Shown here piece after piece: positions 49,184 through 56,427 of a DNA stretch of 64,000 bases. Within the stretch, counting starts at the first letter, position 1. Each line of letters opens with the position of its first letter. The position numbers were made by a program, and so were the translations under genes. Source of the DNA: a virus; the IMG/VR virus record IMGVR_UViG_3300034062_003747, positions 13,826 through 77,825 of that record; one strand, written 5' to 3'. The notes under the pieces were generated by a model. That model was not told the origin of the DNA. It did no database searches and saw nothing but the letters and a program-made list of their open reading frames with translations.

Positions 49184-50446
49184 TTAAATTAGTTTTGATG
49201 TGGTGGTGGTGGAATATTTAAAGTCGTTAATCATCAAATCTAATAAAGAGTTTTCATTATAAAATTTATCCATAAAAGCTATATGACATATATCTGACCA
49301 TTCTTTACATAAAGTATAATTTTCATCAAAGTTTTCCATAAATTCTTTTACGAATTCTGCAATCTTAACCGCATCTCCTTTTATTTTTTTACTTTCATTA
49401 TAAAATGGGTGAGGTGGTATATCTAAAATTTTATTTAAAACTTCTAATGGGTAACTATGTGTTGATATAAATGGTATACCTGATAATACAAACCCTATGG
49501 TTTTTTCTGAAAGGTAATGTGATGCAAAATCTGAATCTGCCCACGACCAACTTTCATCTAATATTTGCATTTTTGAAATATTTAATACTCTATAAAATAA
49601 ATCTAAACCAAGTCTATTTTTATGTATTAAATGTAAATTATCAAAATCGTTATCACCTTCCATAGAATTTAGGTATATATCCGTTACTTTATTTTCATGT
49701 GTTAAATTTAGTTCACTATTTTTACGAGCATCTGACCTTTGTAAAAAAATCCTATTATTATTAAGTTTTTTTAATTCATTTAATAAAAGTATTCTATTGT
49801 ATTTATATGACCTAATTGAAAAACACAAATCATAATCAAAATTTAATTTATCATATATTTTTTTAAATTCATAATACCATCTTATTTCTGCATGAAAATT
49901 CCAATACCACATTGAATTTGAAAAAGTATAATAAAAATTAGAGTATTTTAATCTTATTTCATCTTTTATAAAAACTTCTTCTAATACTATTTTATGATTT
50001 TTTAATTTTAAAAAAGAATTTTCTATATCGTATAATAAATCCATATTTTTCTTATAAAATACATTTTCATATTTAAATAAAGTCTTTTCACCATTGAAAA
50101 ACATTATTATCCAATTCGTTTTACCTTCTAATAAATTACATAAATTATCAACGGGATTATTGACTATATTATCTATTGAGACATCTTTTTTATATAACGC
50201 TTGTGTAATGTTTTCAAATTTTATATCTTTAGTATTTTGTGATATTATTGTATTTAAATCTAATAAATGATATCCATCAGTTTCATCAGACATTTCTATT
50301 TTAAAAATAAATTCGATTTCCGTACCTTTATATTTACATTTTACACTACCCGCTTGGTTTGTAATATTAAATTCTTTATCTGTTGTATTATGGGCAAGTT
50401 TATAAAAGGTATCTTCTGAGTAATAATGGTGGATATATATTTTCAT
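49184..50446 (-). CDS. Putative GT-B glycosyltransferase-like protein (SEKT motif), paralog of 41251..42507
   Basis: MKIYIHH start, QILDES...YLSEKT...GIPFISTH; ends SKLI. Confidence 0.45.
   Translation of the reverse strand: MKIYIHHYYSEDTFYKLAHNTTDKEFNITNQAGSVKCKYKGTEIEFIFKIEMSDETDGYHLLDLNTIISQNTKDIKFENITQALYKKDVSIDNIVNNPVDNLCNLLEGKTNWIIMFFNGEKTLFKYENVFYKKNMDLLYDIENSFLKLKNHKIVLEEVFIKDEIRLKYSNFYYTFSNSMWYWNFHAEIRWYYEFKKIYDKLNFDYDLCFSIRSYKYNRILLLNELKKLNNNRIFLQRSDARKNSELNLTHENKVTDIYLNSMEGDNDFDNLHLIHKNRLGLDLFYRVLNISKMQILDESWSWADSDFASHYLSEKTIGFVLSGIPFISTHSYPLEVLNKILDIPPHPFYNESKKIKGDAVKIAEFVKEFMENFDENYTLCKEWSDICHIAFMDKFYNENSLLDLMINDFKYSTTTTSKLI
49296..49356. repeat. Direct repeat, 59/61 identical to 41366-41426
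   Basis: Direct comparison of the two segments. Confidence 0.85.
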
Positions 50447-51061
50447 TTATAGAATTTTTTTAGTTCCATTAATTCTATACTTTTTGTCAATATTCATATG
50501 TTTTCCCATAACTATTTCATCGTATGTTATATTAAAATATTTACAAAACTTCATCATATTTTCGTTTTGGTTTTCAATATATAAATCTTCATAATAGAAT
50601 ATTGGAATAGTATATGTTTCAGAAATATAAGTAAACGTGTTTTTTTCGTTTTCTAATAAACTTTTATATTTGTTTATCGAATTAGTATCTATCTGTTGGT
50701 AAACATATTTTGAATTCCAATTATCAGATTTTCTTGCATTGGCTAAACTTTCAGTTTGAGAATCAATATCTCTTCGTATTAGAATACCAATAATATCAAA
50801 TTTTGATTTTAAAAGTGTAATTAGTTCATCGGTGTTTAGATGTTGTAATTCAATAGGAAAGGAATCATTTCCGATTTTATTTTCTACAAAAATATTTGGA
50901 TTAGATATTATTTTTTTAAACTGATATTCTATACCAGTATCTCTGATTGCAGTAGTATTAAACGGTTCTCTATATACTATGGTATCTAAATTAGATTCTC
51001 TTACATAACGGGTTAAGTTTAAACTACCTGTTCTACCCTGTGATAATAATAACCTTTTCAT
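50447..51061 (-). CDS. Sulfotransferase-like (Stf0-type) protein
   Basis: SQGRTGS, EPFN, LIRRD...Q.ES, YYEDL; ends KKIL. Confidence 0.65.
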   Translation of the reverse strand: MKRLLLSQGRTGSLNLTRYVRESNLDTIVYREPFNTTAIRDTGIEYQFKKIISNPNIFVENKIGNDSFPIELQHLNTDELITLLKSKFDIIGILIRRDIDSQTESLANARKSDNWNSKYVYQQIDTNSINKYKSLLENEKNTFTYISETYTIPIFYYEDLYIENQNENMMKFCKYFNITYDEIVMGKHMNIDKKYRINGTKKIL

Positions 51062-51633
51062 TATATTAATTTTTTATCTACATTAAATTGTCTTAATTTA
51101 TTTTTTGTATTTAAAATATCATAATCCAATTTGATTTCTTTATTTTTTAACCCATCACCATAATATATAGATTCATATGTATCCAATGGTATATTAAATT
51201 TTTCGGATAATTTTCTTAAATATGTATTCTCTATGGTAAGTTGATTCATTATTGGATTGACATCCACATCTAAATTGTATACATATTTTACATCAAATTT
51301 ATTTCCGTTATGTAGATTAATAAATGATTCGGCATGTTCTTTTACATTTTCTCTACTTAATAAAATGGTAGTATCGAATTTTGGAATTAATTCGGAGTAA
51401 AAATCATAACACTTTTCAAAATAAGATATTGGAAGACTTTCGAACTTTGGTGATGTATTATCTATTTGGTGTAATATTGTTTTTACAACAACATTTTCTT
51501 TATTGTATTTTTTTCGTTCTAATCCCCAAGATGCATATGGTTCAAATATTATTTTTAAATTATAACTATTTGCTATTGATTTTTGCAAAGATGTCGAACC
51601 ACATCTAGCACTAGATATAATTAAAAAATTCAT
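51061..51633 (-). CDS. Sulfotransferase-like (Stf0-type) protein
   Basis: SSARCGSTSL, FEPY, VVK, LSREN...ES, TYESIY; ends KKLI. Confidence 0.65.
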   Translation of the reverse strand: MNFLIISSARCGSTSLQKSIANSYNLKIIFEPYASWGLERKKYNKENVVVKTILHQIDNTSPKFESLPISYFEKCYDFYSELIPKFDTTILLSRENVKEHAESFINLHNGNKFDVKYVYNLDVDVNPIMNQLTIENTYLRKLSEKFNIPLDTYESIYYGDGLKNKEIKLDYDILNTKNKLRQFNVDKKLI

Positions 51634-51653
51634 AACCTTTTTTTTAAATAATA

Positions 51654-51797
51654 CTAACTATGTTTCGCTTTCAAAAATTGTACAAATTTTGCTAAAATTG
51701 TTTGTACATTTGCTTTCTGTGTTGTATTGGTTAAAACAATAGTTCTATTATGTACTGCGGTTGCTGGTGTTGATTTATATTTTGCTGGAGTTTCCAT
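51654..51797 (-). CDS. 47-aa peptide (not in ORF track)
   Basis: METPAKYKSTPATAVHNRTIVLTNTTQKANVQTILAKFVQFLKAKHS; fills the gap, ATG 7 nt after the upstream stop. Confidence 0.6.
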   Translation of the reverse strand: METPAKYKSTPATAVHNRTIVLTNTTQKANVQTILAKFVQFLKAKHS

Positions 51798-51804
51798 AGT
51801 TATA

Positions 51805-53631
51805 TTATTTATTGTGTACTAAAATATTATTAGCGTAAAAATTATGATGATTAGAAACACTTAATAAGTTATAAACCGTATGAGTTTCTTCTAATATTTC
51901 AACTGATACTATTTTTTTATCTTCCAATAAATCAGTTTTACAAATATCATTAGATTGTAATTCATTAGCCTTAACCCATCCTTTTTCTTTTACAAAAAAT
52001 GGATGCTCGGTTGTAGTAATAATAGTTTTTTCACCATCAAAAGTTAATTTGATTACGGATGAAACTTCGTGTTTTTTCAAATCACCAACTACTCCTGTTT
52101 CGTTAAATCCTGTTTCTTCATTATAGGTAAGAACATTTTCACCAACTATAACATCTTCAATATTTTTTAAAGAATTATCACTAAGTGTAATTTGAGTTCC
52201 TGCTGGAAAGCACCAGTTGTGGGTAATAATAAATGAAGTGTTTATAATATTATCAGTTCCTGCTATTAAATATGTATCGACATCTTCAACGTCAATTTCA
52301 ACTATTTTATGAGTATCCTCATTTAAAACGTAAAGATTATTTTCATCTATTGTTACATTATTTCCTGCGTTATCTACTAACAAATCCGTTGCTGGGTCAA
52401 TCTTTAATGCCTTTTTAAATACTATTGAGTTGGTATCTGTTTGATATACTAAAAATGTATTTGATACTGAGGCGTAAATTGTGTCACCCCCTATTTTTAA
52501 CTCATTTATAATATTGTTTTCAATACTTGCAGAAAATATGTTTTCAACAAAAGATGAAGTAGTATATGAACCAGTAGGAAGTGTACTTCCCTCATTTTCC
52601 CAACTAAATACTTCATCAACGTTATCACGCATTGGTGAACCACTTATAAAGTATGATTTAACCCTGTCACCAACAATCAAATTTTGCATTTGAGTTAATG
52701 AATCATCTTCCATTACTATTTCATGTGTACCTAATAAACCACCCTTTGTTCTTTGAGGTTGTTTTGTAAAATTGGTAGCAAATTCATAATAATGTTTTGG
52801 AGACAATAAGTTATTGATAATGGTGTTATCAATTTCTGTCGATAGATTGGTTGGTAAATCAAATATTGATTCAATTTGGTAATCTAATAATGGAATAATA
52901 TCTAAGTTTGCTCCGTAAATAATATTAAAGCTTCTTATTGATGTAATTTTATTATTTGAACTTACACTACTTGGATTGAAGTGATATTGTTGAATCATAT
53001 CTCCCTCTGCAGCTTGATTTACAATAAATTCATTAATTCTTACATCAGCTGATAATTCAGATTTTCCAACTTTATAAAATGCTCCTTGTTGTTTTTGTTC
53101 TATTTTTTTCTTTACCACAAAATCAGGAATACTATTATTGTCGTTTATAGTTCCGTCTAATGTATTGTAAGTCCCATCAATTAAAGATGAGTGGTAAAAA
53201 TTACATACTGAACCGGTTTCATCATTATCAGCAAATAATTTTAAAAGCTCTAACTTACCCTTTGCATATTCAGAATCTACAACTGCAGTTTCATCATATG
53301 CTAATCTTAATATAAATTTACTTTCACTATCTTCTGGAGTTGTTGGGAATATACTAGTTAATTCTGTTATAGTTTTAGTAAAGGTAGTAATATATGGAGC
53401 ACTTTCACTTAAAGATTGTGATAAGTGATTTACAAAATTACTATGTAATTCATCCTTATATACAACCGATACCTCAGTTATATTATTACTATTTAATATA
53501 CCAAAAAAGTTTGTAAAATCAATCAATGGTAGTGCGTTATTTAAAAACGCTGTATCTGTGTTAATTTCTAATAATCTTTCATTTCCATTATTATCAATAA
53601 CAAAATCGGATGAGAATAGTATTCCTTTCAT
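51805..53631 (-). CDS. Circularly permuted ATP-grasp-like ligase fused to two tandem Hint domains
   Basis: N-terminal SDFVID..G..RLLEINTDT, later FVVKK and MIQQY; Hint1 about aa 298-472 ending ITHN; W473; Hint2 CFPAGT...TTEHPF...VYNL...FYANNILVHN-K. Confidence 0.7.
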   Translation of the reverse strand: MKGILFSSDFVIDNNGNERLLEINTDTAFLNNALPLIDFTNFFGILNSNNITEVSVVYKDELHSNFVNHLSQSLSESAPYITTFTKTITELTSIFPTTPEDSESKFILRLAYDETAVVDSEYAKGKLELLKLFADNDETGSVCNFYHSSLIDGTYNTLDGTINDNNSIPDFVVKKKIEQKQQGAFYKVGKSELSADVRINEFIVNQAAEGDMIQQYHFNPSSVSSNNKITSIRSFNIIYGANLDIIPLLDYQIESIFDLPTNLSTEIDNTIINNLLSPKHYYEFATNFTKQPQRTKGGLLGTHEIVMEDDSLTQMQNLIVGDRVKSYFISGSPMRDNVDEVFSWENEGSTLPTGSYTTSSFVENIFSASIENNIINELKIGGDTIYASVSNTFLVYQTDTNSIVFKKALKIDPATDLLVDNAGNNVTIDENNLYVLNEDTHKIVEIDVEDVDTYLIAGTDNIINTSFIITHNWCFPAGTQITLSDNSLKNIEDVIVGENVLTYNEETGFNETGVVGDLKKHEVSSVIKLTFDGEKTIITTTEHPFFVKEKGWVKANELQSNDICKTDLLEDKKIVSVEILEETHTVYNLLSVSNHHNFYANNILVHNK

Positions 53632-53656
53632 AATTCTTTAATTTGTTTTCTTTGTG

Positions 53657-53665
53657 TATAAATAT
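53657..53665 (-). promoter_or_regulatory. Putative late promoter ATATTTATA heading the tailoring operon
   Basis: Motif 25 nt upstream of ATG 53631, directly after a terminator. Confidence 0.6.
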
Positions 53666-53674
53666 AGAAATAAT

Positions 53675-53706
53675 AAAAAAAAGGGTCACCAAAGATGATG
53701 ACCCTT
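53675..53706 (-). terminator. Intrinsic terminator after hsp20
   Basis: AAGGGTCA/TGACCCTT stem plus T-run. Confidence 0.75.
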
Positions 53707-53728
53707 AATTAATTTTTTATTAATTTAA

Positions 53729-54109
53729 CTACCCAATTTTAATTTGAACTTTTTTTGGTTTTGCTTCATCCCTTTTATCAATCGTAATGATTAATAAACC
53801 ATTATCAAATTTGGCTTCTGATTTAGTTCCATCATAATCCTTACCAAGTGTAAAAGTTAAATCAATATCTTTAACCAATGAAGAACTACCTTCTTCTTTT
53901 TTTGATTTAATTAGGAGTTGAGTTTCGGTAACTTCTAATTTAATGTTCTTTGGGTTGTGACCTAATAGGTTTAGAGTTAATTCATATTTACCATCTTCTA
54001 ATACTTTACCATTATACCCATTAAAAGATGGATAGGTTGATGTCGTTTTCCAAGTTGGTAATTCGGATTCAAATAAATCCAATAAGTTTGTAATGTTTGC
54101 TGTGTACAT
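53729..54109 (-). CDS. Small heat-shock protein (Hsp20/alpha-crystallin)
   Basis: AKFDNGLLIITI and C-terminal V-x-I motif (KKVQIK). Confidence 0.82.
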   Translation of the reverse strand: MYTANITNLLDLFESELPTWKTTSTYPSFNGYNGKVLEDGKYELTLNLLGHNPKNIKLEVTETQLLIKSKKEEGSSSLVKDIDLTFTLGKDYDGTKSEAKFDNGLLIITIDKRDEAKPKKVQIKIG

Positions 54110-54147
54110 AATTTTTTTTATTTTAGTTAAACAATATCTCTAATACT

Positions 54148-54218
54148 ACAATTGGTATACCAAAGGAGGTTTAATGACATATTGTCAGTATTTTAAAATA
54201 CTTTTTGACAACTTGTCA
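54148..54218 (-). promoter_or_regulatory. Two TGACA-N3-TGTCA palindromes plus sigma54-like -24/-12 element upstream of hsp20
   Basis: TGACATATTGTCA 54175-54187, TGACAACTTGTCA 54206-54218; TGGTATACCAATTGT 54162-54148. Confidence 0.55.
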
Positions 54219-54219
54219 G

Positions 54220-54879
54220 TTAGAAAGGTTTTGAATCTTCCCATTGTTTGTTCTCCTGTCTACAACTCATATGGTCAGCCCAATGTAGAATGTATGGTAG
54301 GTCGGTTTTTAACCTCATCTCGGGGCGGAAACTAATAAAGTAAGGTTTAGTACCTTCGTTGTATAATCCGTCTGCTAACATAATCCCAATCATCTCCTTT
54401 TCGGAATAGGTGATGCCATATTGGTTAAGTAACCACAATGCCCTATGTGTTACATCCATATAATGATTCTCTCCATTAATCTTAAACATAGCCCCTTGAT
54501 TCTTTTTGTGCCAATCAGAACCCTCCTCTACATAATGAGGTTGACCCTTTACTCCTAACTTACCCAAATCATGATGGAAGGCTGCGAAGAATAATTCTTC
54601 ATCAGTAAAATCTACTTTCAATCCACCCTCCTCATAAATCTTTTTCATCTTATATGCATTTCGGGCAACGTTCATCACGTGGTCTAAATATCCACCAACG
54701 TATGCAGAGTGATAATGTTCTTTACTACTTGCAGGGGCAAGAACTAATTCAGTTCCCAATTCCTCCTGTGAATACATGAACTTTAATTTTTCTAAGCGGT
54801 CTCCCTTAAATACTTTACTCAATGCCTCAATGAATCTATCATAATTCTTTTGTAGGTCTTCTGCTGAATAGTTTTTCAT
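54220..54879 (-). CDS. HD-domain hydrolase (YhaM-like)
   Basis: APAS..YHSAY.GG..DH, HHDLGK, LHWAD. Confidence 0.8.
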   Translation of the reverse strand: MKNYSAEDLQKNYDRFIEALSKVFKGDRLEKLKFMYSQEELGTELVLAPASSKEHYHSAYVGGYLDHVMNVARNAYKMKKIYEEGGLKVDFTDEELFFAAFHHDLGKLGVKGQPHYVEEGSDWHKKNQGAMFKINGENHYMDVTHRALWLLNQYGITYSEKEMIGIMLADGLYNEGTKPYFISFRPEMRLKTDLPYILHWADHMSCRQENKQWEDSKPF

Positions 54880-54889
54880 AATTTATATT

Positions 54890-55237
54890 TTAATCTTCAA
54901 TTTCTTGTCCTGTCAATGCCCTATATAGAATTTCTAATTGTTCTTCACTCTCACAATAGCCTAATCCAACTGAATCTCCAATCTCAACTACATAACTTCC
55001 TTTTGGTAATTCCATATGTTTCCATTCATCGTTTATAGATGATATTAAACAAGGTGCATCTGCAGATGGATTATCCTTCGGTAGTGGTAATACATAATAG
55101 TACATTCCACTTGGAGCAGATTCTTCATCCTCTTCCTCTCCTGCAATCTCATCTATCTTTTCCCAACCCTGTCTTTCAAATGTTTCTTCAGTTATAGGTG
55201 TTTCTGGAAATTCTATTGGGGTTTGTTCTATACTCAT
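54890..55237 (-). CDS. Acidic hypothetical protein
   Basis: 115-aa ORF in operon. Confidence 0.55.
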   Translation of the reverse strand: MSIEQTPIEFPETPITEETFERQGWEKIDEIAGEEEDEESAPSGMYYYVLPLPKDNPSADAPCLISSINDEWKHMELPKGSYVVEIGDSVGLGYCESEEQLEILYRALTGQEIED

Positions 55238-55803
55238 TCTAAAACTATATTAATTTGTTTAGTAATTTTTGCTTCAATCATTGTACATTTTAAACGTAAG
55301 GTATCACCTCTCATTTTATTAACCGGTGCAATCATTGTGTTTATCTCGCCATTCGTTCCACTATATGATGCAGGATTACAAGTAGGTATTAGTACATCTC
55401 TCCAATTCGTAAGTGGTGGTAAGTTTATATACATTAGTTGACCTGTAAATTCGTTGATGTAGGTTTTAGTAATCTTTGCTACAACATCATCTTTCCATAA
55501 CCACCAATATAAATTACTTTCCCATTCAACTTTAATTGGTTCTTTGGTATTTTTAAGAGTACCCGTAACCCTATGTGTTGTCTGGTTTGTATTTGGATTC
55601 AATTGTAAATGATAATACCCATTCCTATCTTGTGGTAATCTACCATCTAATGTAAAATCATTCGGATTATAAGTAACCTTTGTTGGTGTGGTATTTGTTT
55701 TTGTTTGAACCTCCGGCCCCCATTGTGAAATAGGAGTGGGTATATCATCTTTACTGCAAGCAGTAAATAGTAAAGAACTTAATACTAACCATTTGATTCT
55801 CAT
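55234..55803 (-). CDS. Lipoprotein (start reassigned to MRIKW)
   Basis: MRIKWLVLSSLLFTA-C-SKDD lipobox; ATG overlaps the upstream TGA. Confidence 0.7.
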   Translation of the reverse strand: MRIKWLVLSSLLFTACSKDDIPTPISQWGPEVQTKTNTTPTKVTYNPNDFTLDGRLPQDRNGYYHLQLNPNTNQTTHRVTGTLKNTKEPIKVEWESNLYWWLWKDDVVAKITKTYINEFTGQLMYINLPPLTNWRDVLIPTCNPASYSGTNGEINTMIAPVNKMRGDTLRLKCTMIEAKITKQINIVLE

Positions 55804-56285
55804 AACAATCGTTTTAAAATACTTTCCCAATTTGGGTATTCATTCCAAGTCTCTGTTTCATATGCCCAACCAAATTTAAGTAACTCACCTTTGAACTCTC
55901 CGGCTCCGTTCTTAATTCTGTCATCAATTAGGTAATCACCTACCAATAAGTCTTTTCGGTGAGTAATCATCATTTTCTTATGGAAAAGGTTTCCGAAATA
56001 ATTCTCAATCCAATATCGTTTGTCAGTTGAAGCATCGGGGTTTCCCCACGGGGCTGCAGTTGCGATAAATATTTCATACTTTCCACTCTCAACCAATTTC
56101 TTAACGGCTTCGATTGCTCCTTCGTATGGAGGTGGGTTTCGGAATATACCAGGAATATGGTCAGGACATTTTTTGTATTTATCAATTAAGTGTGGGTGGA
56201 GTTCAAACCACTTATCAAACTCGGCTTTTAAATCTACTAAAACGCCATCCATGTCAATATAAAGTATCTTTTTATTTTCAGTCAT
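55800..56285 (-). CDS. 5'(3')-deoxyribonucleotidase (NT5C-type HAD)
   Basis: DMDGVLVD, P.EGAIEA, K..W...F, GDYLIDD. Confidence 0.85.
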   Translation of the reverse strand: MTENKKILYIDMDGVLVDLKAEFDKWFELHPHLIDKYKKCPDHIPGIFRNPPPYEGAIEAVKKLVESGKYEIFIATAAPWGNPDASTDKRYWIENYFGNLFHKKMMITHRKDLLVGDYLIDDRIKNGAGEFKGELLKFGWAYETETWNEYPNWESILKRLL

Positions 56286-56323
56286 AATGTTAATTGTTGT
56301 TATTATCTCTCTTTCTTATACAA

Positions 56324-56355
56324 TAAAGATACGAAAAATAATTGAATTTTCCAAA
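56324..56355 (-). promoter_or_regulatory. Bacteroidota-type sigma promoter
   Basis: TTTGG...CGTATCTTTA, 32-bp unit. Confidence 0.72.
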
Positions 56356-56427
56356 TTTTAGGTAGTTTATTTTTAAGTATATTGGGTAATCAATTGGTAA
56401 TCAATGAATTAGCTAACTGATTGATTA

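Noticed and set aside
51805-52212. Canonical selfish intein
   Set aside because: No endonuclease domain, +1 residue is Lys then stop; better read as a functional Hint autoprocessing domain
37534-53631. Host chromosomal island rather than phage DNA
   Set aside because: Bounded on both sides by phage late motifs, co-oriented with phage genes, and lacks transport or polymerase genes of capsule loci
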